Below are positions 1 through 13,376 of a stretch of 64,000 nt of DNA, in pieces. Source of the DNA: Octopus vulgaris (Eukaryota); the NCBI GenBank assembly GCA_951406725.2, contig OX597822.1, forward strand, positions 14,260,001-14,324,000, read 5' to 3'. The stretch's first letter is position 1; every line of letters begins with the position of its first letter. The translations under genes were made by a program, and so were the position numbers. The notes under the pieces were generated by a model. It made no database searches. It saw nothing but the letters and a program-made list of their open reading frames with translations, and had not been told where the DNA came from.

Positions 1-289
1 TTTTTACTCACTTATTTTCATCTTCAGTGTAGTATTTCAATTGTAAATTTGAGACTACTAATAATTACCTGCGTGAATTAGGAATATTGCTGTCTGGGAG
101 ATATTTTATGGTAGAGGAATAGCATTTAACTGCTATTTCTAAATTTCGGTATGTGGTGAAGCAATTTGCTGAACCCTAATTATAATTATACTTATAATTA
201 TAGAATTTTTTGTATAAGGTTACAGATTATGGGTATTTTAACATACCGAACTACTTGGTAACATTATTAATTATGAATTAATTAATTTT

Positions 290-475
290 ACCATTTATTA
301 TTATTGAAAGAATATATATATAGGTAGCTCCTTGTTTTTCCTGTGTCCCTTTCTGTAGAAGAGCGTAGGCTCGAAACGTAAAAGACTTTCTATTCCTGAA
401 CGTTATACTAATACATCTGTTTGTTTTGTACACCCCCTGTCTTTGTCTTTTGTTTTTTTTTCGTAAACTCTCCCT
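290..475 (+). mobile_element. Putative Penelope-like pseudo-LTR remnant with a degenerate hammerhead-like motif
   Basis: GAAGAGC-GTAG-GCTC-GAAACGT at ~358-380, followed by a T-rich tail ending at (TA)n. A related GCTCGAAACGT motif occurs at ~31508-31520. Confidence 0.35.
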
Positions 476-1515
476 ATATATACAGGTAGATGTCGAAAGA
501 AGAAAATGAGTGCTCAACACAGCATTGGTGGATAAAATTTCTTTATTTGTGAATTAAAGCTACCGTTGCTTTCATGTTAAGAAAAACAGGAAAATAGCTT
601 TGTATCTTAATGATTTTTGAAGCCGATAACATGGAGGAATAGTGTTTGTCTCTATTTCGGAAAACACAAAAAGTCTCGTTGAATTCGCGGAGATTCTTGT
701 GGAGAAAACAATGAATCAAGTGGGCGCTCCTTGGCTGACACCTGAGTGGTTATTTCCTTTGGATTTGACTTTTGGTCAAACAGTTATATGGTAAATTTGT
801 TTGAATTATCCTCTGGGTGTATGCGGTGTTTGTATGCTTATGTACTGAGGTAGTTCATCCAGGGGGAATATAGAGTTCGTGTGCTATGCATTCACGGGGC
901 TATTCTGGAGGAATTAGCAGCGCAGGTAGGGTTCCTCTTTGAGATGTTTGAGTGTGAAATATTGCTTGTGTATGCAGGGAGAGAAGATTTCATCCCTAAT
1001 AATTAGGATGAAATCTGTTGACTGTATGATATTTAGTTTTTCTCATTTGGTACCCCGTTCTCTACATTTTTGGGTTTAGCAATGATGTTTCATTTTATCT
1101 GGGGGTTGCTTATACACACACATATATATATACATACACACACACATATATATACATATGTGTGTGTGTATACACGTCTCTGTGTATACACGCTCTCACA
1201 CTCATTCACTCTCACACTCATTCACTCTCACACATATTAATACACACACACATGTATATTAATTTTCAAAAGGAGAACTTTGGAGTGACTTCTACCTTGT
1301 CAATATATATTCTATTCTACCCATAAACCTTTTTGCTTGGCGCTAAATTAATTTTATCTCTATAAACTTGTCATAAAAATAAACATTCATAAACTCGCTT
1401 TGCAACCGCTTGGTTTCGCATTCAGTCCCACTGCTCAGCACTCTGGGTATGTGTTTTCTATTATAGTTCTGGTAGACGGAAACTGTGAGGAAGCCCGTCG
1501 TATATATATATGTAA

Positions 1516-1967
1516 GACACGAGGGATTGGAAGCGGTTCGATGGGTTCGGGTGGCCGAGGGGCAACGTTGTTCGGTGTTTGACGGGTTAGGACAGGCGCA
1601 TGCTACACAAATCCAAGCAGATATCTGCGGAGTAGTGAGTCAGAGATGTGTCAGGATTTTACCTCCAGCTTCGGCGGCATGTCACGCCATTCAGCCAAGG
1701 ACGCGGAGTCTGCGAAATTCCGATAACAGCCGAAGACATCGGGATGCGATGACTAGCTGCACAAGGTTGAAGTCTCCGGGGTTCGATGGTCTGCCCTTCG
1801 TGCTTTATTTTCATATGCCAGATTTGTTCGGAGAATTTTATTATTCGATTTTTTATTGTTAATTGTTATTTTTTTTACTCTCTACAGGTACTATATGTAG
1901 AACCTCACTAACCTTCGTCTTGTATCGTCCTTTGTTTTTGTCTGCAGCCCTTGTGGCCAATAAAAAA
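1516..1967 (+). mobile_element. Internally deleted Tx1-clade LINE fragment (mid-ORF2 piece fused to a 3' UTR)
   Basis: Encodes KSPGFDGLPFVLYFHMPDLFG, matching KSPGLDGLPYEFYRSMPNLFG of the ORF2 at 43880. Ends in GCCCTTGTGGC-CAATAAA like the other Tx1 3' ends in the window. Confidence 0.75.
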
Positions 1968-2004
1968 TGGATTGTTATTGTTGCTGTTGTGGTTGTCATT
2001 GAGG

Positions 2005-2192
2005 ACGGTGATCTGGCAGAATAGTAGACGCCAGACACAATACTTTCGTCTGTCATTGCGCTCTGAGTTCAAATTCCGCCGAGCTCAACTTTGCTTTTCA
2101 TCCCCTTCAATGAAATAAGGCCAATGAAGAACTAGAGTCGATGCAATTGACTAAGCCCCTCACCCAAAATTTCATGCCTTAGTGGAAAGGAT
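2005..2192 (+). mobile_element. Degenerate SINE family B (non-Tx1 tail)
   Basis: CTGGCAGAA head, CTGAGTTCAAATTCCGCCGAG B-box region and TTTGCTTTTCATCC body. Confidence 0.7.
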
Positions 2193-2809
2193 TATTATTG
2201 TTGTCAGTGATGCTGTTGTGAATATCATGCAGGGACACGTGATTCTTTTTTATTCGAAACTGATTGGTTATAAATCGAACAGGATTTCGCTTTATTGTTT
2301 CCTCCCTTCTTTATGCTAACAAAGCCTTTTCTTTCCACTTTCTTTGTTTCTTTCTCTACAACTAAAATATTCGACACCTCTATTGCTTGGCTGGTGCCGA
2401 ATTACGCGGATATCCTGACGAAAGTGTAATACGAACTCGGCACCTGAATGTCCTTCCACACTGTTTAAACTCCCTCCCTACCATCACCACCTTTCAAACG
2501 AGAAATTAACCATATTGTATGACCTCTTATGAGATCTAATCAGCGTTGCGCCCTCATAAGCGTTTTCATTGTTTGCTATTGTCTTTCATTGTTGTTTGTT
2601 TTGTAGTATTTGTGGTTGTTGCTCCGCCCCGAGTCGTAGTTTGTACGAACAGACATTTAATCAAAGATACTTCAGCTGTGGCCATTCCGCGTTGCCTTTT
2701 TTTTTAAAATTAAAATTTATTTATTTATTTATCTTTTGTGCGAAGGAAATAATATACAACCCCCCCCCCCAAAAAAAATACAGTAGAAAAGAATTTTAAA
2801 AAGTAAGTA

Positions 2810-2981
2810 AAGGCTGTGTAGTAAGAAGCTTGCTTCCCAACCACATGGTTCTGGGTTCAGTCCCACTACGTAGCACCGTCGGCAAGTGTCTTCTACTATA
2901 GCCTCGGGTCGACCAAAGCCTTGTGAGTGGATTTGGTAGATGGAAACTGAAAGAAGTCTGTCGTATATATACACATATATG

Positions 2982-3031
<50 letters not shown>

Positions 3032-3094
3032 AATAATGAGGGGATAAATTGAATATTAATTTAATTAATATCAATTTAAAACCAGGCTACTGGT

Positions 3095-3133
<39 letters not shown>

Positions 3134-3362
3134 GTGTGTGTTTGTTTTTTGTGTCTGTGTTTGTCCCCCCAACATCGCTTGACAACCGATGTTGGTGTAT
3201 TTCCTTCCCCGTAACTTAGCGGATCGGTAGAAAAGACCGATAGAATAAGTACCAGGTTTACAAAGAATAAGTTCTGGGGTCGATTTATTCGACCAAAGGT
3301 GGTGTTCCAGCATGGCCGCAGTCAAATGACTGAAACAAATAAAAGAATAAAGGATAAAAGAA
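2810..3362 (+). mobile_element. tRNA-derived SINE family A with ~70 bp of extra sequence in its internal (TA)n
   Basis: Head GGCTGTGTAGTAAGAAGC...GGTTCAGTCCC, body GAGTGGATTTGGTAGA and tail CAGCATGGCCGCAGTCAAATGACTGAAAC plus an A-rich repeat. Confidence 0.9.
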
Positions 3363-3364
3363 TA

Positions 3365-3471
3365 CAGGGTTGGCCAAAAGTCACCTGACAGTAAATCAAA
3401 ACCATTTAATTCCAGGATTTATTGCTGTTCAACAACTGAATGAATTTAATAAAAACAACTAAATGCGAAAC
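3365..3471 (+). mobile_element. Tc1/mariner-type terminus (TA-CAGGGTTGGCCAAAAGT)
   Basis: TA followed by a CAGGG-start motif resembling a terminal inverted repeat (TIR). No partner TIR was found. Confidence 0.4.
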
Positions 3472-3483
3472 ATCAGGAAAATT

Positions 3484-3973
3484 TAGTTCTATATTTAAGA
3501 GATGAGGAATTATGTAAATTATTTAAATTATTTACATGTGACAGATATTTGTCCTCATCTTGTTTATTGTTACACGAGGAGATACTGATAAATCGGGTAT
3601 AGCTGACCATGTATGGAAAAATGGAGACCATCTCCCTCTGTGGGATGAAGTTAAAATAATAGACAGAGAACACCGCTGGAAAATACGAAAGCTAAAAGAA
3701 ACAGCACATATGCTAGGACACAACAACCTCCTAAGCAGACCGAGTGCAGATAAGAATAGCATATGGGAAGCGATATTTAGGAAGGATAGGAGAATATTAG
3801 AATTATAAGCCCTAAAATTCACTTCGTAATTGCCCCCGGACATATGGCGTAGTGGTTAAAAGCACGGGCTACTATCCCCAAGATTCCGAGTTCGATTCCA
3901 AGCAGTGACCTGAATAATAACAATAACGTTAGGAACAAGATGAGGACAAATATCCGTCAAATGTAAATAATGT
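3484..3973 (+). mobile_element. Truncated Penelope-like element: GIY-YIG C-terminus, tRNA-like segment and 38-bp inverted repeat, flanked by a 12-bp direct repeat
   Basis: ORF 3560-3808 reads SGIADHVW...WDEVKIIDRE...RKLKETAH. Inverted arms 3527-3564 and 3934-3971 (2 mismatches). ATCAGGAAAATT at 3472-3483 and 3974-3985. Confidence 0.8.
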
Positions 3974-4194
3974 ATCAGGAAAATTGTTTAAACTGAAGTC
4001 TTTCTTGAGTGACACATTTTTTCTATACAGATAGTATTCATGGAATCTTGATTTAGTGTCGGTTGATTTTCAGTATGTATTCTGTCCACCAAAATATGTG
4101 CTGCTTTTTTCTATGAAGGGAAGGGTGAGATTTCAAGATTAGGTTGCTGTCTTTTGTCGATCATCGGCCTGCTGCCGTTATAGTCATTGTTGTG

Positions 4195-4440
4195 AAGGCA
4201 TCTGTCTTAGGGGTTAAGGTATTTGGTTTACGGTCATAAGGTCGCGAGTTCAATTCCTTGCAGCGCGTTGTGGCCTAAAAGAAAAACACTTTATTTCACG
4301 TTGTTCCAGTTCACTCAGCTAGCATAAAATAGGGTTGCACCTGTAATAGAAAAGGGCCGGCCTTGTTGCATCTTGTATCATGCAGAATCTCCCTAAGAAC
4401 TACATTAATGGTAGGGGTGTCTGTGGAGTACTCAGCCACT
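4195..4440 (+). mobile_element. Degenerate tRNA-derived SINE family C
   Basis: GAGTTCAATTCC B box and CACTTTATTTCACGTTG...CAGTTCACTCAGCT body, shared with 28349, 50120 and 58290. Confidence 0.7.
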
Positions 4441-4497
4441 TTTGTTACTATATTTCTGTGGAGATGCTCAGTAAAATATTTTTGTTATCATTAACTA

Positions 4498-4664
4498 TAG
4501 GCGCAGGAGTGGCTGTGTGGTAAGTAGCTTGCTTGCCAACCACATGGTTCCGGGTTCAGTCCCACTGCGTGGCATCTTGAGCAAGTGTCTTCTGCTATAG
4601 CCCCGGGCCGACCAATGCCTTGTGAGTGGATTTGGTAGACGGAAACTGAAAGAAGCCTGTCGTA

Positions 4665-4723
<59 letters not shown>

Positions 4724-4928
4724 ATATGTTTGTGTGTGTGTTTGTCCCCCTAGCATTGCTTGACAACCGATGCTGGTGTGTTTACGTCCCCGTCACTTAG
4801 CGGTTCGGCAAAAGAGACCGATAGAATAAGTACTGGGCTGACAAAGAATAAGTCCCGGGGTCGACAAAAGGCGGTGCTTCAGCATGGCCGCAGTCAAATG
4901 ACTGAAACAAGTAAAAGAGTAAAAGAGT
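4498..4928 (+). mobile_element. SINE family A, young subfamily, full length
   Basis: Near-identical to 48179-48594 and to the split copy that hosts the Tx1 LINE. Confidence 0.92.
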
Positions 4929-5199
4929 AGTGTTAGGAACATAAATTGTGACTCAGGTTTGGTGGAAGATTTTAAATCAGAACTTTTGAAAACAAGACAT
5001 TTGTACTACAGAGCCAGAAGCGTTTTCAGGTGTGTTGGTATCAAAAGAGTTAAACGTTACTTTCACGAGGGGCTGCTCCATTGATCGGATCAACTGGAAC
5101 ACTCATCGCCGACACCGACGGAGGGCCAGTTTTTATCATTGCCGTTGCAAACTGTTGTTGCTGTTGCTATATACTTTGTTGCGAATATTTTTGTTTACC

Positions 5200-5540
5200 T
5201 TTTATCTTTTCCATGTTTCAGTCATTGATTGTGGCCATGCTGGAGCACATCCTGGAAGGGTGTAGTCAAACAAATACACTCAGTACATATTTTTATTCTT
5301 AAATTCTGGTACTTATTCTAACGTCTATTTTGCCGAACTGCCAAGGTACAGGGACGTAAACAAACCAGTGCCGGTTGTCAAGCAGGTAATGGAGACAAAC
5401 ACTCATACATATATACATGCAAACACACACAAACACACATTAACGACGGGCTTCTTTCAGTTTCCGTCTGCCTAATCCACTCACAAGATGCCGCGCGCGG
5501 TGGGACTGAACCCAAGGCCTCATGGGTGGAAAGCCAACTT
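5200..5540 (-). mobile_element. SINE family A, degenerate
   Basis: Reverse-complement head, body and tail motifs of family A. Confidence 0.8.
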
Positions 5541-6145
5541 CTTAACCCCGCAGCCACACACTTGTTTTAGTTCTTGATTCGCCCCATCCAGAACTTGATC
5601 AAAAAAACCTACAGTGAAAGGCATTTCGAGTGGGAGCTTTCCCCTTTTCTAATGCATACTGTCTCCCACCCCGACTCCATTATCATTTGAGACGCGAGAA
5701 TAAGATTTGAGGTAGATTTAGTTACTATTTCTCGCAGGACGTCAACTTGCTGCTGTTGTTGTTGGTAAAACTACTATTGTGACCCATTTTATCTGTTTAT
5801 TTCCTTGTCGTTGTTTAACCCCAGGTCAACTCTGATTGAGCTGACCAATACTCAAAGACATTCCACCCCAACTCAACCCACCCCGATATCTGTATACAGA
5901 GCATATTATCAAATTTTTTCTTGCTTAAAAAAAAGCACACCATGAGATGGGATTTAAGAGAGTTTTGGCATCTATATCGAGCAGATCAATCAACTCATGA
6001 TGTAATGTACCTCTCCGGTCACCTTGTTGTTTTGTTGTTTTGTTGTTGCTATTGCTGTTAGTGACACAGTTGCTGAAGTTGTTGCTGGTGTCGTTGACTG
6101 GAGAGCTTTCTGTAATTTTACTCTCCGTTTTCTTTTCCCGAAACA

Positions 6146-6263
6146 TTTTCTTTCTTTCTTTCCTTCTTTATTTCTTTCTTTCCTTCTTTCTTTCTTTGTT
6201 TCTTTCTTTCCTTCCTTCTTTTTATTTTCCTTCTTTCTTTCTTTCCTTCTTTTTTACTTTCCT

Positions 6264-6299
<36 letters not shown>

Positions 6300-6595
6300 T
6301 CCTTCTTTCTTCCTTTCCTTCCTTCTTTTTATTTTCTTTCTTTCTTTCTTTCCTTCTTTATTTCTTTCTTTCCTTCTTTCTTTCTTTCCTTCTTTCTTTC
6401 TTTCCTTCTTTCTTTCTTTGTTTCTTTCTTTCCTTCCTTCTTTTTATTTTCCTTCTTTCTTTCCTTCTTTTTTACTTTCCTTCTTTCTTTCCTTCTTTCT
6501 TCCTTTCCTTCCTTTCCTTCCTTCCTTCCTTCCTTCCTTCCTTCCTTTCTTTCTTTCTTCCTTCCTTCCTTCCTTCCTTCCTTCCTTCCTTCCTC

Positions 6596-6679
<84 letters not shown>

Positions 6680-6700
6680 TTCCTCCCTCTCATTTTCCAC
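6146..6700. repeat. (TTTC)n/(TTCC)n polypyrimidine tract
   Basis: Directly visible, with an internal ~190-bp higher-order repeat. Confidence 0.95.
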
Positions 6701-6759
6701 ATTTTTGTATCCATTTTCAACTTTTCCTCCCTCTCTCCCTCTAATTAATCAATAATTAA

Positions 6760-7933
6760 TCAATAATGTATTCGCCCTTGTTGTTTACAACTTCTTTCCA
6801 CGTTCAACAAGATTTTCAATACCTCGTTGGTAGAAATCACCCGATTTCGACTCAAAAAATTGATATAACCAAGCTTTCAATTCTGCGTCATTATTGAATG
6901 AAATTCCGCGCATAGCGTTTGAATGAGGTTGAAAGAGGCGGAAATTCGTTGGTACCAAATCAGGAGAGTACAGCGAGTGTGGCAGCACTTCCCAGCCATG
7001 CGTTTGAATGGCTTCTTTGGTCATATTGGCGATATGAGGGTGGACGTTGTCGTGCAGCAGAAGAACTCCATGATATAGCCATGTTGAGTCGTTCCATCTG
7101 TTGAACATAGAGTTCGGCGTTGACCGTTTGGTTCCGTTCAAGCAATTCCTAATGGATAATCCCTTCTCAGTCCCACCTTACGCACAACATCTTTTTACGC
7201 GGATGAAGATCTTGTTTCACGCTCGGCGTCGCTCGTTTACCGGGGCTAAGCCATTCCTTGCGCTGCTTCATATTGATGTACAGGCACCATTTTTCGTCGT
7301 TAATTCGATAAAGAAATCGTTGCTTGTGTCCATGAGTTGAGCGGTGATGAGCAAGCAAACCAGCGGAGATTGTGGCTCACTGATTTTGTTGTTATCACTT
7401 AAACCATGCGGAACCCATGCTCCATACTTCTGAACCTTTCCTATCAAGTGAAGATGCTTCTTTATAGCACTATGGGAGCATTCCATTTTCTCTACCAGTT
7501 TCCTTGTTGTTTGACGAGAACTTTCGTGCAAAAGTTGGTTTAATTGCTCTTCATCGAACTCAACTGGACGGCCAGAAAGAGGTGCGCCTTCGAAGTCAAA
7601 ATTTCCATTTTTGAACTTGGCATAACAATCACGAGCGGTTCTTTCAGCCATGGCACCCTTTCCATACAACTCACAAATGTCGTGAGCAGCTTTTGCGGCC
7701 TTAGAACCTTGATTAAAAGCAAAAAGAGGGTGTCGAAAATGCTCGTTTTTCTTAACTTGACATTCCATTTTAATGATCTGAAAATAAACAAAAATTAAGT
7801 AAAATTAACTAGAAAAAAAAAATTCCAAAATGATTCAAAAATAGAATTCTCGAAAAAAATAGATTTCAAAATTTAAAAACACGATAAATTCCAAAATTTA
7901 AAAAAACGGCTGGAACTTAGTTGCCACCCCAAT
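6760..7933 (-). mobile_element. Mariner element with frameshifted transposase pseudogene
   Basis: Minus-strand pieces read FKNGNF...GRP...WVPHGL, DEKWCLY...HPRKKML and HDNVHPH...YSPDLVPTNF. A mariner-like TIR TATTGGGGTGGCAACTAAGT lies at ~7914-7933. The other end is lost in the CT tract. Confidence 0.9.
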
Positions 7934-7989
7934 ATCTCCCAACCCTTCCGTTACTCCAATACACCCACGTACTTACTCCTCTCTCTCCT

Positions 7990-10140
7990 TCCAGCTTTTC
8001 ACCACCCAACCACCCCTTCCACGTCTAACTCATCCATCCCTCTCCACTTTAGTCTTCTCCTCTCTGAGGCGGAGCGCTCTCTTCTCATTTGGGGGTTTGC
8101 ACTTCACCCCGCTCACCCCATCCAGTAACGAATTTCAGACCCGAGCTGATATTCATTGCTTTGTGTGCCGTGTCAGACTACATGCACTATTCCACAACAC
8201 TCCACCTGCATCTGATGAAGAAGATCGCTACACCGACCTGGGCCGTCGACCATTCCACGGGACGCCAGCTCCTTGCCAGTTTCAAGCAGTTGATCATTCT
8301 GAAAGCATCTGCCAACTTGTTGTGGACCAGTTTAACTTACGCAGGAGTCCCCGACATCTCAACATATCCCCGGCCGAACTCTCGGTCCTTTGATGTCTCC
8401 GAGGCTGCAAAGACATCATCATAAAACCGGCCGACAAGGGTGGAGTCATGGTGGTGTGACGCGCAGACCTCTACAAGGCTGAAGCTCTCCGCCAGCTTCA
8501 AGACACCTCCTTCTATTGCCTTCTGCCTTCCAACTCCACGCATAGCTACCAATAGACTGTGCCCTCCATTATACATGACCTCATCTCCTCCTCCTACCGC
8601 CTTCAACCTCATTGTCCGCACTCCGCATCCCACCATTTACTTCCTTCCCCAAATCCACAAATCCAACAACTCTGGCCGCCCCATCGTCTCCACCTGTAAC
8701 TGTTCCACGGAATTGATCTCAAAATATCTCGACCATGTTCTTGCCTCCAAATGGCTTCCCCTCCCACATCCACGACACTAACCATGCTCTCTATCTTTAC
8801 GACTCTTTCTCCTTCCCTCCTGGCTCCTCCAAACTTTTCTTCACTCTTGATATCAAGAGTCTATATACAGTGATCCCACACAACGAAGGACTTCTTGCCC
8901 TCAAACACTTCCTAGACCTTCGACCCAACCCTCAACCTGACATGTCCACACTTAATCTTCTGGCCATTTATTCTCTCATTCAACTGCTTCTCGTTCGCGG
9001 GGGATTTTTTACTAACTATTACGGAAGTGGCCATGGGAACGAGAATGGGCCCCAACTATGCAAACCTGTTCGTTGGTTACATTGAGGACCAAATATTTTC
9101 AAGATTCACTGGTCCCACTTCCGAACTATACGGTCGTTATATTGATGACTGTATCGGTGCGACCTCACTCTCCCGCGAATAACTAGACTCCTTCATTTCT
9201 TTTGTCCAATCCTTCCATCCAGCTCTGGAATTCTCCTGCACTATTTCCGACACTTCCGTCGCTTTTCTCAACATAACTCCGCTCTCACTACCTCCATCCA
9301 CTACGAACACCCCGACTCACATTCATACCTCAACTTCTCCTCCACCTGCCCTATCCACACCAAGCTCTCCATTCCCTATTCCCAATTCCTCCGTCTGTGC
9401 AGGCTCTGCAGTGATAACCATGACTTTGAGACTCAGTCTCAACTCATGACTCGCCACTTCATTCTTGTGGATATCCGCTAATCACTATCCACGTGAACCT
9501 TGTGGACCTTGTCTCTGCTCTCTCTCCCCGCACCCACCCGACCGCTGCCCGTCTCCTTTTTCCCTTCATCTACCACCCCTCTACCCTGCCCCACCAACGC
9601 ACCATTCTCCGAGCCTTCCGGCGTCTCCAGTCCGACCCCCCAATTTGCACATCTTTCCCAACCTACCTCTTCCCTCCTTCAAACGAGCCCACAACCTACG
9701 TGACCTGGTCCACAGTTTCTTCCCTAACCCCACTTCCCAACCTGCCCACGCTGCCGCACTAGTCCCTACCTCTCCAGCACCACCATCCTCACAGGCAACC
9801 ATCATCATCCCTATCATATCACTGACTCCTTTACCTGCATTTCTAGCAACGTCGTTAATTGCATCTCCAGCTCTTTCTGCCCTTCTCTGTACTTCGTTCA
9901 GACGGGTTGCCGCTTGGCTGACCGGTTCGCGGAGCACCTCCGAAACATTAGACTCGGTAATGACATCCCGGTCTCACGCCATTTCCGCTCTACCTGTTAT
10001 TCATTACAACACCTGTCTGTGTTCGGACTGTCTTTGCACAGGAGCTATCCGGACTTCCGTCTTCGCCGTGAACAGGAATTAATTGTCTCTTTGCTCCTTT
10101 GCGCCACATGGGCTCAACTCCCCTTCCCTCTTCATCTGAC
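7990..10140 (+). mobile_element. Penelope-like element, degenerate RT plus GIY-YIG endonuclease
   Basis: Across frames: KPADKG, IYFLPQIHK..GRPIVS, FTLDIKSLYT, VAMGTRMGPNYANLFVG, RYIDD and LADRFAEHLR. Many frameshifts. Confidence 0.88.
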
Positions 10141-10496
10141 TCCCCTCCTCTCCTCTCTTCATCTGACACCTACTTCTTCTCTTCACTCATACCTACCTTT
10201 TCTCTTCATGAATACCCCCTCCATCTACAACTCACCCTACACCCCCTCTCCCACATACCCCGCTCCTACCCCCACACCTTCATCCCTACACTCTCACCCC
10301 ACCACATATCCTCACCCCACACCACACCCCATCCTCACATCCACACACACTCACACCGCTACACCACACCACAGAACACCCCGCCACACACCACCACACC
10401 ACATCATACCACCCCACACCACTCCACACACACACTAGCACTGACCCCTTCCCAGCACCCTCACCACACACCATCATCCACACACCCACGGTCCAA

Positions 10497-10735
10497 GGAA
10501 CTTTTCCAGTAAATCCTGTAGTTGGTACCTTGTTCTTTTAAGAACCATATATAACAGGATATGTGGATAGTCTTCCGTTTATTCCAGTGTCTGAATCTTA
10601 AGGTGTGATTGTTGAATCTTGCTCTGAGATTTCCCTCTGTGAGACCCACATATCTCTTGGGTAAAACTGTTCTTAGCATTCGTAGAATTTACGGTGGCTT
10701 CATAAATAATGACCTTAGTCATACAGGCTCCGAGT
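10497..10735 (-). mobile_element. Penelope-like GIY-YIG fragment from a second family
   Basis: YVGLTEGNLRARFNNH...YIWFLK...YRIYWK. Confidence 0.7.
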
Positions 10736-10819
10736 ACTATAATGAGAAACTTTTATTGATTGTTATAAATTATAACATATAAATAATAGTCAATTATCTA
10801 ATATCGAGGTCTCATTCTT

Positions 10820-10912
10820 TTGTTGTTACTTATTATTTTTATTATTATTATTGTTATTATCATTATTATTATTATTATTATCATTATTACTATTATTATT
10901 ACCATTATTATT

Positions 10913-10953
<41 letters not shown>

Positions 10954-10990
10954 ATCATCATCATCATCATCATCATTATTATTATTATTA

Positions 10991-11042
<52 letters not shown>

Positions 11043-11082
11043 TCTATTATTATTATTATTATTATTATTATTATCATTATTA

Positions 11083-11174
<92 letters not shown>

Positions 11175-11193
11175 ATATATATATATATATATA
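10820..11193. repeat. (ATT)n/(ATC)n then (TA)n microsatellites
   Basis: Directly visible. Confidence 0.95.
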
Positions 11194-11440
11194 TCTTGCA
11201 CTGTTGGTCGTTCATCGAGAAGCGATGCCTACCACACGTTGATAATAGGCAATACACCTTGAAACCTAGGTCTGTGTGTGGTATCCGCTTCTTGGTGAAT
11301 GATCTCCCTTTGCAAGATAGAGGACGCCGTGATGGTGTCGGCCTATCTGGTGACGTTGATGTTCGCCTGGGGCTAAATGCAACAGTGACACCCCCACCAC
11401 CCTGCCCTGTCCCTAGCCATATTCAGTTGGCTAATATCCC

Positions 11441-11479
<39 letters not shown>

Positions 11480-13273
11480 TACATTATGCATACACATATA
11501 CATAGAAAGAGAGTGAGGGAGAGAGAGAAAGAGGAAGAGAGGGAAATGGAGAAGGTAAGAGATATAGAAGAATTCAAAAACCTATTTTTTTAAATGACAT
11601 TCGGTGGTGGGATCAGGACTGACCGAAAGAGTTGATCTCTGAGAGACGCAAACAAGTCTTTTCTTTTCTTGTTTTTTTTTTCTTCTTCATTCTTTCACTG
11701 CTGTCACGCGTTGGGTCACAGTTTTGAAAGATTTTGTCGAAACAGATCGAATCCAGATCGAAGCAGATCGAATCCAGTGCTTGTTTTAAACATCATACTC
11801 ATACTGTTAGTCCCTTTTTTACTGAGCCATAATGTTACACTGACGTAAACAAACCAACACCGGTTGCCAAGTGCTGGGGGGTGGGGGTGGCAAACACAAA
11901 GACGCGTATACATACGAATACATACTTGCTTATATATACATACATATACACGCATCTCTCTCTGTTTCTGTCTGTCTCTCTGTCTCTTTGTCTCTCTTTG
12001 TCTGTCTGTTTCTCTCTGTCTCCCTCTGTCTCCCTCTCTCCCCCTCTCTCTCGCTCTCTCTCCATCTCTCTAAGTATATCTATCTGCAGACATATTTAAT
12101 GAGTATCCACCCAATTTTCGTGACCAAATTCATTCGCAGGTCATTTGTTGGCTCGGAACTATAGGGAAAGTACTTACTCAAGATGCCACGCAGAGGGACT
12201 GAACCCGAAATGTCGGAGCTGCAAAGCGAGTTCTAAACCATACAGCCACGTGTGATTTGTTTTTGTAAATAAGACAGACCAACCAAAACATAGAAAATGA
12301 AAGCTACCCAGTTGATGGCTTCCCTCAATTTATCTTATACATGTGAGGTATATAAGCTGTAATATCAAAAAAAGGCAAAAGCTGCTTTAATAACCAATGC
12401 TCTACTGAGATTTAAAGATCAAAGTTAATATTACATCACGTTGTTAAGCTGTTAAGCTGCTAAACCGATGAATGATATAAAAGACATGATTTGACTTTGA
12501 TTGATTGCCGGCACATGATTATTCAAAATGGCGTATCGACAACTGATTTCCGGTCGCATTCTTTTATGAATTAACAACTGTCTGGAATCTCTGAGTGTTT
12601 GTCTGCGCGTCTGTCTTTATTATATCCGTCTGCTTGGCTCGGGACGCTGTGGAAGACGTCTCGCATTTCACTGAACGCAGACTCGGGCGCGTAGGTGTGA
12701 CCAACGAAATACAACACCTGTACTAACCTAAGCCACGCGTATGCGTGTGTGTGTGTGTGTGAAATAAACGTTTTTATCGTACAGACGATGGAAGAAATTA
12801 CGATTGTATCTGTGGAGTAGTTTCGATTAATTCTCACCTGACGAAGTCATATTCTAAAAAGTGCTGTGGCCAAAGGGGGCTCTTTAAAGAAGTTGCTGCG
12901 CCCAAACGTCTCACCCCATTAGAGCTGGACATCGAAATACAGCATCTCTACTAGAATATTAGTAAAGCCATAATAAATGTAACAAGATAACGCAACTCCA
13001 CCTCAGCTACGTTGATGGAAACCTGAATTTATAAGTTCGAACTGTATCCGGGGAAATGCGACATGTATTTTAAACGTAACTGTGTCTAAGAATTATCCTG
13101 AACAAAGCCTTGTGAGTGGATTTGGTAGACGGAAAATGAAAGAAGCCCGTCGTATATATAAATGTATATGTTTGTGTGTCTGTGTTTGTCCCCCCATCAT
13201 TGCTTGACAACCAATGTTGTGTTTCCGTCCCCGTAATATAGCGGTTCGCCGATAGATTGAGTACGAGGCTTAC

Positions 13274-13373
13274 NNNNNNNNNNNNNNNNNNNNNNNNNNN
13301 NNNNNNNNNNNNNNNNNNNNNNNNNNNNNNNNNNNNNNNNNNNNNNNNNNNNNNNNNNNNNNNNNNNNNNNNN
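13274..13373. other. Assembly gap (100 N)
   Basis: Run of n that interrupts a family A SINE (13100-13273). Confidence 1.
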
Positions 13374-13376
13374 TTA

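Noticed and set aside
986-1016. Short hairpin AGATTTCATCC...GGATGAAATCT
   Set aside because: Too short and isolated to interpret.
6024-6755. 243-aa and 234-aa Phe/Leu/Ser-rich ORFs
   Set aside because: Translations of the (TTTC)n tract.
10820-11516. Poly-Ile/Tyr/Asn ORFs (similar ones at 35719, 38378 and 51725)
   Set aside because: (ATT)n microsatellite read-through.
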